Positions 35,307 to 49,766 of a stretch of DNA of 64,000 nt are shown piece after piece (the first letter of the stretch is position 1; every line of letters starts with the position of its first letter). The stretch covers positions 9,426,001 through 9,490,000 of the forward strand of contig CM075992.1 of assembly GCA_038087875.1 (NCBI GenBank), read 5' to 3'. The stretch is from Malacoraja senta (lineage: Eukaryota). Under the pieces are notes generated by a model. It was not told the origin of the DNA, searched no databases, and was given only the letters and a program-made list of their open reading frames with translations. Both the position numbers and the translations under genes were made by a program.

Positions 35307-38300
35307 CCTTGGTAAATATTTATGCGCCTAATTTTGATAATCCTCAATTTTTAAATAAAATTCTGAATATAATTACAGAGTTCAATTTATCAAAATGTGA
35401 TAATTGGGGGAGATTTTAACTGTGTTTTAGATCCATATTTGGATAAATCTTCACAACAGATTAGGGGCAACACAAAATCTAAAACCAGGAAAATCTTAAA
35501 TACTTACATAAAAAATACAAATATAACAGACGTTTGGAGGATCGCTAACCCTGTCGGAAGGGAATACTCGTTTTATTCAATGGTACACAAAACTTATTCA
35601 CGTATCGACTATTTCTTAGTGGATACAAAACTAATTCCCTATACAATGAATCCAAAATATAACAATAGTATAATTTCTGATCACTCCCCGTTAACTTTTT
35701 TTTTTAGATTAGAAGGAATGCCTTCTAATAAATCGTTTTGGAGGTTTAATCCTCAAATCTTAAATGACCCACAAGGGGAAATATATTTAAAACAACAGAT
35801 GGTACTTTTTTTAAAGAATAATGACACCCCAGATACCTCACCAGTTCTACTATGGGAATCATTCAAAGCAGTTATTAGAGGATCTATAATCTCATACCAA
35901 GCTTTTTCAAATAAAAGGAATAAGAAAGAACAAAGGCAGTTAGAAGAACGAATCAGAGAATTGGAATTAGATAATGCTAAAGAGCCTACTATAGACAAAC
36001 ATAATAAAATAACTATAATGAAATTTAAATTAAACAAAATATTATCAGCAAATGTTATTAGATTATTTCAAATCACAAAACAGGAACATTTTGAATTTGG
36101 GGATAAACCACACAAGCTTCTGGCTCGACAACTGAAAAAACGGGAAAAGGACCACATGATTTTAAAGATTAAATCAAATAAAGGGGAATTGTTAACACTA
36201 CCTAAGGATATTAATAAAAGATTCGCTCAATTTTATCAAAATGTATATACATCTAAAGCGGTAGCAGATAGTACTAAAGTTAGAGAGTTCCTGGATAATT
36301 GTAATCTCCCAAAACTCAATGTGAGTGAACAAGAGGAATTAGGTGCACAAATCTCAACTAAGGAAATAGAAGAAACAATATATACATTAAAGAATGGAAA
36401 AACTCCAGGACCAGATGGTTTTAGTAATGAATTTTATAAAAGATTTTACGAGATAATTACACCACGACTACATAAAATGTATACATATGCTTTTAAAGAA
36501 CATACACTTCCAGAAACATTGGCGGAGTCAACGATTACACTTATACCTAAAAAAGGTAAAGATTTAGAAGATCCGGGTTCTTATAGAGCTATTGCGCTGT
36601 TAAATACAGATCAAAAAATATTAGCGAAAACATTAGCTAGAAGGCTAAGTAACTATGTTAGTAAATTAATAAATCCGGATCAAACAGGGTTTATACCCAA
36701 GAGATATTCAAGCAACAACCTGAGACGTCTGTTTAATATAATGCACTCACATAAAACCGAAGAGCAAGACATCAATTATTTCACTGGACGCAGAAAAAGC
36801 ATTTGATCAAGTGGAATGGGATTATATGGTTAAAGTATTGCAAAAGTTTCAAGTGGGAGTGAATTTTATCACTTGGGTAAAATTATTATAAGATAGGCCT
36901 ACGGCCAGAATATTAACTAATAATATTTTGTCCTCGAAATTTCAGTTATCAAGGGGAAATAGACAGGGGTGTTCATTATCACCTCTGCTATTTGCTCTTG
37001 TAATAGAACCGTTAGCGGAAAGTACATCCGAATATTCATGGGTACAATACAAAATATTCAAATAATAAGATATCTTTATATGCAGATGATGTACTACTAT
37101 ATATCACAAAATCACAAATTAGTATACCAAATATATTAAATTTAATTGAGGAATTTGGATCCTTTTCAGGATATAGAATAAATTGGAATAAAAGTGAAAT
37201 TATCACGATTAAACCTCAAGAATCGACACATCTGTTAAAATTCCCTTTTAAAATCACTTCAGAAAAATTTAAATATTTGGGAATTGAAATTACTAGAAAA
37301 TATAAATCTCTATTTAATGCAAACTATATTCCCTTACTCAATAAACTAAACACACTGATTAAATTCTGGAAAACCCTCCCGATGTCTCTTATAGGCTGAA
37401 TAAATGCTATAAAAATGATCTTTTTACCACAAATATTATATCTATTCCAGTCAATATACTTACCAAAAATTATTTTTTTTGTAATTGAATGCTGATATTA
37501 CAAATTTTATATGGGACTATAAATCCCACAGAATCCAAAAAAACATTTGTGTAAACCTAAGGAATTTGGTGGATTATCATTCCCCAATTTTTTATATTAT
37601 TATTGGGCCACAAATGTCAAAAATATGATTCACCTGTTGGACAATTCGGCCCAGCAGGTGGATTGGATAGTAATGGAGAGAGAGGACTGTTCCCCTTTTA
37701 ACATTGGAACGATCCTTCTCTCACCAACAAAAATGAAGAATACAATATATAGTAAAAATCCAATTATTCATAGTACAATTAGAATCTGGAAACAAATAAA
37801 ATTAACGTTAAAATTAAGAAATCTATCACTACTTTCTCCTATAATGAATAACCCTTCGTTTAAACCTTCTATGATAGATAGAGCTTTTATAAATTGGGAA
37901 AGAGCAGGAATTAAAACGTTTGGAGATATGTATGATAATGGAAGTTTTTTAACATTTCACCAATTACAACTTAAATACAACTTGAATAGTAATCAATATT
38001 TCAAATATTTTCAACTACGTGACTGTTTGAAAAAGTATACACGAGAATATCAAAATATATCTCCTGACCTATTAGATGGGATAATGAATATAAAAGCGGA
38101 ATCAGCTAATTTAATATCATACCTATATAATTCCATTTTAAATATAGAAATTCCATCATCGGACGGGATCAGAAGAGAATGGGAACAGGAACTAGCTATA
38201 AAAATCTCGAAAGAGAGTTGGGATAAACATCTATTATATGTGCATAAATGTTCGATTAACGTAAGACATACTCTGATTCAATTAAAATTTTTACATAGAT

Positions 38301-39076
38301 TATATTATTCAAAAGCTAAATTAAGTAAATTTTCCCCAAATACCTCTGCTAACTGTGATAAATGCCTAGTCCAAGAATCAACTATAGCACATTCTTTTGT
38401 TTTTTGTATAAAAATTCAAAATTTTGGAATTAAATTTTCACTAAATTATTTAAAATAAAACTGAAACCGAATGCAGAATTGATTATTTTTGGAACAATAG
38501 AAGCAAGTTTGGAGCTGACTGCGTTTCAAAGGAGTTTTCTTAGTTATGACTTAATAACGGCAAAAAAACAGAAATTTTGGAAAAATGCTCCTACGCCAAC
38601 AATAAAAATGTGGACTTCTAATATGTCAGAATTGTTACATCTAGAAGATATGAGATTATTCCTCCTAGCAGGTAAACAGGACCAATTCCAAAAGATTTGA
38701 TCTCGCTATATATCGACTTATTACAAACATAGGGTGCAACAAAATGATGATAATAAATGGTTTTAGGACCTGGCGAGGGGTGAGTAAAGATAAGAAGTAG
38801 GTGCATCCCTTTCAGATTGTCCTATCTTATTTTCTTTTTTCTCTTTTTTTTCTTTTCTTCTTTAACTACTTCTTGTGGTTTAGGTTCACATGTGTGTTCC
38901 TGGACCACTTTCTCACTCACTCACTGACTGTCTTTGCTAGCTCTTTCTATCCTTTTTTTCTATTAAAGTTGAAAAACAGAAGTGGTACAAGAACTGTATA
39001 AATTTACGTTATTGCAGATTACTGTAATGTAAAATACTTCTAATAAAAAAATAAAAATAAAAAAATAAAAAATAAA
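35307..39076 (+). mobile_element. 5'-truncated, frameshifted L1 LINE (ORF2, 3' UTR and A-rich tail)
   Basis: Endonuclease motifs NIYAPN, GGDFN, SRIDY, SDH; RT motifs KTPGPDG, YRAIALLN, RQGCSLSPLLF, YADD (37079); C-terminal CDKC..H..C; AATAAA-rich tail. Confidence 0.95.
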
Positions 39077-40015
39077 TCTGAATCACACTAAACACCATTG
39101 GGCCAACAACTAACTCACAGATTGGAAAATATTAATAAATGCAGATGCAGCAAAGCTGAAATAAAAACTGAAAATGCTGGAAACACTCAGCAGGTCAGGC
39201 AGCATCTGTGGAGAGAGAATGTTACAGTACAAAAACCTTGACAGAACTGGGAAAGAGTGAAAAAGGCGAGTTTTAAGTTGCAGAGACAAATGGTTTCGGT
39301 TTGCTATGGTCACGTGTACTGAGGTACAGTGAAAAGCTTTGTTTTGCATGCTATCTAATCAAATCAAACAATCCTACCAATAAGAACAATGAAGTCAAAC
39401 TCCAGTACAACAGGTAGAGCAAAGGGGAAGATACAGAGTGCAGAATATAGTTCTCAGCATTGTAGCGCATCAGTTCCACAGACAAAGTCCAATGTCCACA
39501 ATGGGGTAGAGGTGAATGGGACAGTACCCTAGCTTATGGAAGGACCATTCAGAAGCCTGATAACAGAGGGGAAGAAGCTGTTCCTGAGTCTAGTGGTGCG
39601 GGCTTTCAAGCTTCTGTACCTTCTGCCAGACGGGAGAAAGGGGAAGAAGGAAGAACAGGGGTAGGACAAGTCTTTGATAGTGTTGGAGATAGACACAAAG
39701 TCCTGGAGTCACACAGAGGGTCGAGCAGCATCCCTGGAGGAAAGGAACACGTGACATTTCGGGCAGAGACCCGTCTTTGATTATGTTGGCTGCTTTACCG
39801 AGGCAGAGTGAAATGTGGATGAACTCAATGGTGGGGAGTCTAGTCTGTTTGATGGACTGGGCTGCAAAGTCCAGAACTCTGCAATTCCGTACGGGATGGA
39901 TAGGACAAAGAAAATATCTGCGATAGGGCGATACCTGGATTGCAGCGAGGGTAGACACTAAAAGCTGGAGTAACTCAGCGGGACAGGCAGCATCTCTGGA
40001 GAGAAGAATGCGGGT

Positions 40016-40043
40016 GACGTTTCGGGTCGAGACCCTTCTTCAG
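40016..40043 (-). ncRNA. Minimal type I hammerhead ribozyme motif
   Basis: rc = CTGAAGA-A-GGGT[CTCG]ACCC-GAAA-CG-TC. Confidence 0.7.
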
Positions 40044-40999
40044 CAGAATTGGGGGAAAGGGAAACGAGAGATATAGACGGTGATGTAGAGAGATATAGAA
40101 CAAATGAATGAAAGATATGGAGAAAAATAATGATGATAAAGGAAACAGGCCATTGTTGGCTGTTTGCTAGGTGAGAACGAGAAGCTGGTGCGACTTGGAT
40201 GGGAGAGAGATGGAGAGGGAATGTAGGGGTTACTTGAAGTTAGAGAAATCAATATTCATACCACTGGGTTGTTCATTTTAGTTAGACAAAAATGCTGGAG
40301 AAACTCAGCGGGTGAGGCAGCATCTATGGAGCGAAGGAAATAGGCAACATTTCGGGTCGAGACCCTTCTTCATTTTAGTTTATTGTCACGCGTACTGAGG
40401 TACAATGAAAGTTTTTGTTGCATGCTAATCAGTCAGTGGAAAGACTATACATAGAAACATAGTAACGTAGAAAATAGGTGCAGGAGGAGGCCATTCGGCC
40501 CTTTGAGCCTGCACCGCCATTCATTGGGATCATGGCTGATCGTCCACAATCAGTAACCTGTGCCTGCCTTCTCCCTTGACTCCACTAGCCCCTAGAGCTC
40601 TATCTAACTCTCTTTTAAATGTATCCAGTGAATTGGCCTCCACTGCCCTCTGTGGCAGGGAATTCCACAAATTCACATCTTCATGATTACACAAGTTATA
40701 GGAGTAGAATCAGGCCATTGGGCCCATCTAGTCTACTCCGCCATTCAATCATGGCTGATCTCTGCCTCCCAATCCCATTTTCCTGCCTTCTCCCCATAAC
40801 CCTTGACACCCGCACTAATCAAGAATTACAATCGAGTCATGCAGAGTGTGGAGCGATTGTAACATTTGATTGGATGAGTTTTGACGGAAGAGAGGGGATC
40901 TTATAGAAACATATACAATTCTTAAAGGATTGGACAGGCTAGATGCAGGGGAAAAAATCCCCATGTTGGGGGAGTCCCGAAGCAGGGGTCACAGTTTAA

Positions 41000-41307
41000 G
41001 AAGGTAGACAAAAAGGCTGGAGAAACTCAGCGGGTGAGGCAGCATCTATGGAGCGAAGGAAATAGGCAATGTTTCGGGCCGAAACCCTTGTTCAGACTGT
41101 TAAAGAAGGAACTGCAGATGCTGGAAAATCGAAGGTACACAAAATTGCTGGAGAAACTCAGCGGGTGCAGCAGCATCTATGGAGCGAAGGAAATAGCCAA
41201 TGTTTCGGGCCGAAACCCTTCTTCAGACTGATGTGAGGCTATTTAGGTTCAAGAAGGAACTGCAGGTGCTGGAAAATCGAAGGTAGACAACATTGCTGGA
41301 GAAACTC
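41000..41307 (-). mobile_element. Tandem PLE pLTR copies inserted in a CR1 fragment
   Basis: Two head-to-tail pLTRs ~131 nt apart plus a third partial copy. Confidence 0.75.
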
Positions 41308-41763
41308 TGAGGCTATTTAGGACTGAGATGAGGAAAAACGTTTTCACCCAGAGTTCAAGTTCACAGAGGGTTGTGAATCTGTGGAATTCTCTGCCACAGA
41401 AGGCAGTGGAGGCCGATTCACTGGATGTTTTCAAGTGAGAGTTAGATTTAACTCTTAGGGCTAAGGGAATCAAGGGGTGTATGGGGAGAAAAGCAAGAAC
41501 GGAGGTACTGATTATGGATGGCGGTGATGGCTCAAGGGGCCTACTCCTGCACCTATTTGTCCATGTTTCTATTGTAGATCTGCTTCTGGGGCCAGCAGGT
41601 AAATAGTCGCATGGGGTTGGGCGAGGTTTTGCAAAGAGCAGGTCAGGCTGAGCTAGTGGCAGAGGAGAAAGACTGAGCGCTTTGCAGCAGGAAGCATCCG
41701 CTCTGACACGCTGTCTTCTCTCTCTATTCCCCTCTCTGTCCAAAACCCGAATGACGCTGCGGC

Positions 41764-41963
41764 NNNNNNNNNNNNNNNNNNNNNNNNNNNNNNNNNNNNN
41801 NNNNNNNNNNNNNNNNNNNNNNNNNNNNNNNNNNNNNNNNNNNNNNNNNNNNNNNNNNNNNNNNNNNNNNNNNNNNNNNNNNNNNNNNNNNNNNNNNNNN
41901 NNNNNNNNNNNNNNNNNNNNNNNNNNNNNNNNNNNNNNNNNNNNNNNNNNNNNNNNNNNNNNN
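41764..41963. other. Assembly gap (200 N)
   Basis: Run of N. Confidence 1.
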
Positions 41964-42523
41964 ATTCGGCCCTTCGAGCCAGCACCGCCATTCAATGTGA
42001 TCATGGCTGATCATCCCCAAACAGTACCCCGTTCCTGCCTTCTCCCCATATCCCCTGACTCCGCTATCTTTAAGAGCCCTATCTAGCTGTCTCTTGAAAG
42101 CATCCAGAGAACCTGCCTCCACCGCCCTCTGAGGCAGAGAATTCCACGGACTCACAAATGTGACGCTAGAGGAAGTGATACAGGTGGAACAAGGCAGGAG
42201 GGGAGGGTGGGGGGAGAGAAGGGGGTAGGAATGGAGGTTGTATTACTTTGGGTCTATATTGAGAAGCTGGAGTTCCACCTAAATAAAAGCACCTCTGGCA
42301 ATGCGTTCTCCACAACCTCAACCCCTACCTACCACCACCCCCACCCCCAACCCCCCCACTCCCCTCTCCTCCGCTTCAGGTAAATCCAAAGCAAGGCTTG
42401 AACCCACAGCCTTCAGATTGCTTGGAGCTTTGACCCAAGCTCTCTCTCTTGGAATTTTCCCAACAGTGGGGTCAGGGGTCAGGATATCGGAGTGAGTCAG
42501 TAGCACTGATCTTGCCCGAGGTT

Positions 42524-43070
42524 CATAGAAACATAGACAATAGGTGCAGGAGTAGGCCATTCGGCCCTTCCACCCTGCACCGCCATTCAATATGATCATG
42601 GCTGATCATCCAACTCAGTATCCTGTACCTGCCTTCTCTCCATACCCCCTGATCCCTTTAGCCACAAGGCCCCATCTAACTCCCTCTTAAATATAGCCAA
42701 TAAACTGGCCTCAACTACTTTCTGTGGCAGAGAATTCCACAGATTCACCACTCTCTGTGTGAAAAAAAAAGTCTCATCTCGGTCCTAAAAGACTTCCCCC
42801 TTATCCTTAAACTGTGACCCCTTGTTCTGGACTTCCCCAACATCGGGAACAATCTTCCTGCATCTAGCCTGTCCAACCCCTTAAGAATTTTGTACGTTTC
42901 TAGAAGATCCCCCTCAATCTTCTAAATTCTAGCGAGTACAAGCCGAGTCTATCCAGTCTTTCTTCATATGAAAGTCCTGCCATCCCAGGAATCAGTCTGG
43001 TGAACCTTCTCTGTACTCCCTCTATGGCAAGAATGTCTTTCCTCAGATTAGGAGACCAAAACTGTACACA
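42524..43070 (-). mobile_element. CR1 LINE 3' fragment
   Basis: CVQFWSPNLRKDILAIEGVQRRFTRLIPG on the minus strand, plus tail. Confidence 0.9.
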
Positions 43071-44312
43071 AGGGATGTACACAAGTTCGGAGTGATTAGA
43101 GCTGCATTTCCCTGATGTTTTCCTGGGTTCTTGTTTCTGGGCGGTGAGGGTTGGAGGGTGAGGGTGGGCTGGTGATGGAACAGCACTGACAGGGCACTTA
43201 GTTCAGATTATTGTCACGTGTACCGAGGTACAGTGAAAAGCTTTTTGTTGGGTGCTAACAAGTCAGCGGAAAGACAATAATAGATTCAAATCAAACCACA
43301 TCCACAGTGTGCAGATACAGGATATAGGAAATATCATTTAGTGCAAGATAAAGTCCGATTAAAGATAGTCCCAGGGTCACCAATGAGGTAGATGGGTCAG
43401 AAATGCTCTCTAGTTGTTGGTGGGATGGTTCAGTTGACTGATAACAGCCGGGAAGAAACTGTCCCTGAATCTGGAGGTGTGCGTTTTCACACTTCTGTAC
43501 CTCTTGCCTGATGGGAGAGGGGAGAAGAGGGAGTGACCGGGGTGAGACTGGTCCTTGATGATGCTGCTGGCCTTGCCGAGGCAGCATGTGGTGTAGATGG
43601 AGTCAATGGGAGGGAGGTTGGATTACGTGATGGTCTGGGTGAAATTGACAATCCCTGGTTCTGGAAATCGCTGAACATGGACATTAACGGCCATTTAACG
43701 TAAAGTTGCTTAACATAGAAACATAGACAATAGGTGCAGGAGGAGGCCATTCGGCCCTTCGGGCCAGCACCACCATCCATTGTGATCATGGCTGATCGTC
43801 CCCAATCAATAACCCGTGCCTGCCTTCTCCCCATATCCCTTCATTCCACCAGCCCCTAGAGCTCTATCTAACTCTCTCTTAAATCCATCCAGCTTCTGCC
43901 GGGCAGGTGGATGCTGAACATTCCACTGATTGAAGTATTTGAGGAATTAGCCAGGAACCTTCCCTTGAGCCACTGAGAGAGAAACACATTAACTGGTTTG
44001 GCGTCTCCTCTTGAGGAGAGGCTGTCGACTCGCCTGCAGGGCAAGGGCACAACATGTGTGGTTGGGTTTACTGGGCAGTGACTGGGTGGGGAAAGGGACT
44101 GTGTTGGAAGGAACTGCAGATGCTGTTTTTGAACCGAAGAAAGGCACAAAATGCAGGAGTAACTCAGTGGGTCAGGCAGCATCTCTGGTGAAAAGGAATA
44201 CTGCCGGTGACATTTCGGTATGGAACCTTTCTTTAGGTCTGAAGAAGGACACAGACCTGAAATATCACCTATATTCTTTTTCTCCAGAGATGCTGCCTGA
44301 CCCGCTGCGTTA

Positions 44313-44538
44313 AGGCCCCGTCCACTTACGTGTCCTTGGTACGCAAATTACGCAACCTCGTCGTGGCGTTGGGGCGCACGGGCATCGTATGGCCGCGCGG
44401 GGACGGTCCCACTGAGAAGCGCGGAGGGGTGTGGTGTTGTGCGCGACATCGCGCGGGGCTCCGAAATTTTGTAGCGAACAAAATCTCCGCGCGCCACCTG
44501 CCTGTCGTGTAACTGACGGCCAAAGTGGGACAGGCCCA
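44313..44538. mobile_element. PIF/Harbinger-type MITE (right boundary uncertain)
   Basis: TTA|AGGCCCCGTCCACTT...AAGTGGGACAGGCCC; GC-rich sequence continues to ~44670 and no right TSD is visible. Confidence 0.6.
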
Positions 44539-46743
44539 AGACCCTGGTGCGATGCAACGTCTCGCCTCCAACAGCAGCAGAAGCAGGCAAACGATCGCCG
44601 AGCTCGGCCTGGGGCTCACGGCCGTTGCGGATCCGGATCCGCCCCCACTCCTACTCCCAGAGCGGGGCCAAGAAAATTGAAGATGGACACAAAATGCTGG
44701 AGTAACTCAGCGGGACCGGCAGCATCTCTGGAGAGAAGCAATGGGTGACGTTTTGGGTCAAGACCCTTCTTTCAGACTGAAGAAGAGTCTCGACACGAAA
44801 CATCACCCATTCCTTCTCTCCAGAGATGCTGCCTGTCCCGCTGAGTTCCTCCAGCATTTTGTGTCTACCTTCGGTTTAAACCAGCATCTGCAGGTCCTTC
44901 CTACACATTTTGGCTGTAGGTTTTGCCAGCTACTCCGCACTAAGACTAGCTTAGAACATGCAGCATTTAAATGGGGATGGTTTCTACCATGGCGCAGCTG
45001 GTAGAGCCGCTGACTCGGTGGCCAGAGACCCGGGTTCGATCCTGACCTCGAGTGCTGTCCATGTGGAGTTTGCATGTTCTCCCTGTGACCACATGGGTTT
45101 CCTCCGGGTGCTCCAGTTTCCTCCCACACTCCAAAGACGTGCAGGTTAATTAGCCTCTGTAAATTACCCCTAGTGCATAAGGAGTGGGATAACAGAGAAC
45201 TAGTGTGAGTGGGTGATCGATGGACAATGTGGACTTGGTGGACCAAAGGGCCTGATTCCATGCTGTATCTCAAAAACAAAATCTGCACTCTACCTGACGC
45301 ACCACTGTTTAATGATGCTACTTCTTTGGCTAATTCGTCAGGGTCCTCCTGGCTCATGGCTTGAGTGGACGCCATCTCACTCCGTGTCAGACGTGTTATA
45401 GACAAGAGACAATAGGTGCAGGAGTAGGCCATTCGGCCCTTCGAGCCAGCACCGCCATTCAATGTGATCATGGCTGATCATCCCCAATCAGTACCCCGTT
45501 CCTGCCTTCTCCCCATATCCCCTGACTCCGCTATTTTTAAGAGCCCTATCTAGCTCTCTTGAAACCATCCAGAGAACCTGCCTCCACCGCCCTCTGAGGC
45601 AGAGAATTCCACAGACTCACCACTCTCTGTGAGAAATAGTGTTTCCTCATCTCCGTTCTAAATGGCTTATCCCTTATTCTTAAACTGTGGCCTCTGGTTC
45701 TGGACTCCCCCAACATCGGGAACATATATGTTGGCAGAGGGCTGCTGCTTTGACAGTGACTGCACCTCAGGGGAGGAGGTTCAGATCACTCTGTTATAGG
45801 AAAGATGTTGTCAAGCTGGAAAGAGCACAGAGAGGATTTAAGTAAGTTTATTGGCCAAGTATTCACATACAAGGAATTTGCCTTGGTGCTCCGCCCACAA
45901 GTAACAACATGACATACAGTGACAGTTACGAATGACTCAGAAAACACTAAACATTAATAATAATAAAACATTAATGATAAAACACCATTGATCAAGCATG
46001 TGAACCAACAAAATACCAGATCAAAGGGAGGCTACAGTTTTTGGCTGTTGAGTAGAGCAACTACTCGTGGATAAAAACAGTTTTTATGTCTGGCTGTGGC
46101 AGCTTTGACAATCCGGAGTCGCCTTCCAGAGGGAAGTGATTCAAAGAGTTTACGAGGATGTTGCCAGGACTAGAGGGCCTGAGCTGTTAGCAGGCGAGGA
46201 CTCTATTCCATGGAGTGCAGAAGAATGAAGAGTGATCTTATAGAGGTGTACACAATCATGAGGGGAATAGATAGTATGAATGCACAGAGTCTCCTACCCA
46301 GAGGAGGGGACTTAACAACCAGAGGACATACGTTTATGGTGAGAGGGGAAAGATTTAATAGGAACCTGAGGGGCAACTTTCTAATACAAAGGGTGGTAGG
46401 TTCATCGAATGAGCTGCTGAAGGAGGTAGTTGAAGCAGATATATCATAATGTTTTGGAAACATTAGGACAGGTACATGGATAGCACAGGTTTAGAGGGAT
46501 ACTGGCCAAACGCTGGCGGGTGGTACTAGCGTAGATGGGGAATGTTGGCTGGTATTGGGAAAGATGGGCCGAAGGGCTGTTTCCCACTCTGCATGGCTCT
46601 AGGGCTCCAGGACGATGAGATATTGAATCAAAGGCCATCACTGGAGGAAACCTAATCGATGATAGAATCTTTGCCGGTGTTTCGTGAAGCATCAGAACAC
46701 CGACTAATGTTGCATCATCACGCTGGGTTATTGCCATAACAAC

Positions 46744-47912
46744 AAGATTCAAGATTCAAGAGAGTTTATTGTCATGTGTCCCTGATAGGACAATGAAATT
46801 CTTGCTTTGCTTCAGCACAACAGAACATAGTAGGCATGAATAATACAGAACAGATCAGTGTGTCCATATACCATTGTATAGATATATACACACATGGATA
46901 AATAAACTGATAAAGTGCAAATAACAGATAATGGGCTATTAGTATTCAGAGTTTTGTTTGAGTTGAGTTTAATAGCCTGATGGCTGTGGGGAAGTAGCTG
47001 TTCCTGAACCTGGTCGTTGCAGTCTTCAGGCTCCTGTACTTTCTACCTGAAGGTAGTAGGGAGATGAGTGTGTGGCCAGGATGGTGTGGGTCCTTGATGA
47101 TACTGCCAGCCTTTTAGAGGCAGCGACTGCAATAGATCCCCTCGATGGAAGGGAGGTCAGAGCCGATGATGGACTGGGCAGTGTTTACTACCTTTTGTAG
47201 TCTTTTCCGCTCCTGGACGTTCAAGTTGCCGAACCAAGCCACGATGCAACCGGTCAGCATGCTCTCTACTGTGCACCTGTAGAAGTTCGAGAGAGTCCTC
47301 CTTGAAAAACCGACTCTCCGTAATCTTCTCAGGAAGTAGAGGCACTGATGTGCTTTCTTAATAATGGCATCATTGTTCTTGGACCAGGAGAGATCTTCAG
47401 AGATGTGCACGCCCAGGAATTTGAAGCTCTTGACCCTTTCAACCATCGACCCGTTGATATAAACGGGACTGTGGGTCCCCATCCTACTCCTTCCAAAGTC
47501 CACAATCAGTTCCTTGGTTTTGCTGGTGTTGAGAGCCAGGTTATTGTGCTGGCACCATTTGGTCAATCGGTCGATCTCACTTCTATACTCTGACTCATCA
47601 CCATCAGTGATTCGTCCCACAACAGTGGTGTCGTCGGCGAACTTGATGATGGAGTTCGCACTATGACCGGCTACGCAGTCATGAGTATAGAGTGAGTACA
47701 GCAGGGGGCTGAGCACGCAGCCTTGAGGTGCTCCTGTGCTGATTGTTATCGAGGATGACACATTTCCACCAATACGGACAGACTGTGGTCTGTGGATGAG
47801 GAAGTCGAGGATTCAATTGCAGATGCGCAGAGACCCAGTTCTGCGGGTTTGGTAACCAGCTTGGAGGGGATGATTGTATTAAATGCCGAGCTGTAGTCAA
47901 TGAATAACAGCA
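46744..47912 (-). mobile_element. Rex1/Babar LINE, RT C-terminal half and 3' UTR
   Basis: [39 protein letters not shown]; (TTGAATC)n tail. Confidence 0.9.
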
Positions 47913-48379
47913 TGACATAACATAACCACAATTCATTCAGCTAATCCTGAATGCGCAAGAACAGGAATTTAGACATACCTGATGTTCCTGCACTATCTTT
48001 GCCTGCTACCCAAGGGATTATTTGCACAAATTAAATGCTATTTCACTTGGAGTTATTTAATGACAGAATTGCAGAGAATGTGGTTCCAGTCAATACTTTA
48101 ACTGCTTGTAAACAGTTCAATCTGATCTTCGGAAGCAGGCTGGTTCATTGATATGTTGTTAAAGTAGTTGGGTGAGGGAAGCAAGCATCTTCCCTTTATG
48201 TTTAGCTACTGTAGCACCTCACCAGTGGTTTCACTGGGAACTGGCTGCAGGATCAAAAGCCCCTGAGTGGATTGTAGATGGGAACACATTTTTAGTTTAG
48301 TTTAGAGATACAGCATAGAAACAGGCCCTGCGGCCCACTGAATCAGCGCCAACCAGCGATCCCTGTATACTAACGCTAT

Positions 48380-48695
<316 letters not shown>

Positions 48696-49766
48696 AACTC
48701 TGGTCTCTGGCTGTAAGGCAGCAACTCTACCGCTGCGCCACCGTGCCGCTGGTTCTAGAACATGTCCGTTGATCTCATGGAGGTGTACAAAATCATGAGA
48801 TGAATAGATCGGCTAAACACAGAGAAAGGGAACTGAGAACCAGAGGACATGGGTTTAAGGTGAGGGGGGGAAGATTTAATAGGAACCTGGAGGGTAACTT
48901 TTTCGCACAAAGGGTGGTGGGTTTTTGAAACGAGCTGCCGGAGGAGGTAGTTGAGGCTGGGACTATTGCAGCGGTTTAGAAACATTTAGGCAGGTACATG
49001 GATAGGACAGGTTTAGTGGGATATGGGCCAAATGCAGGCAGGTGGGACTAGTGTGGATGGGACATGTTGGTTGGTGTGGACAAGTTGGGCCAAAGGGCCT
49101 GTTTCCATGTTCTCTGACTCCGTGACCCTGTGACCCTATGCCTCTATGGTTCTTTGATGCTTTGGCTGGCTTGTCCCCTGTTCCGTGTTCCCAGTAGAAT
49201 GATTAGATCAAGGCCACGTGAGTTTTTTAATAGCCACATTGCTGCCTTGTTAACGCACACTGTCCACATCACATGATGTTAATAGCAGGCTATTTGATTT
49301 ATCTCTGGGGGGGAAAAACAAACTTTAAACCAGAGTCATTGTTGGTGTGTGTTCATTCACATGGGCATCTCGCCCTGAGTACAACCCAAAGTACAGTTTC
49401 TGTACACGGTGGAGTTGCTGCCTCACAGCGCCAGAGACCCGGGTTCCATCCTGACTACGGCTGCTGCCTATGCGGAGTTTGCACGTTCTCCCCGTGACCA
49501 CGTGAGGGTTTCTCCGGGTGCTTTGGTTTCTTCCCACACTCCAAAGATGTGCAGGTTTGTAGGTTTATTGGCTTGGGTAAAGATTGTAAACTGCCTGAAG
49601 GATAGTGCTAGTGTACGGGGATGGCTGGTCCGCATGGACTCAGTGGGCCGAAGGGCCTGTTTCCGTACTGTATCTCTAAACTAAGCTAATCTCAGTGGTC
49701 CGCTGGTGCGATTCTTATCTGCATGGATCCTAAGTTGCTCGTCCACAACATTTGTCGTCCATTTTA

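Noticed and set aside
35397..36806. Functional 469-aa gene or active L1
   Set aside because: It is part of a 5'-truncated ORF2 with several frameshifts and stops and no ORF1.
41249..42155. ORFs spanning 41764-41963
   Set aside because: Artefacts of reading through Ns.
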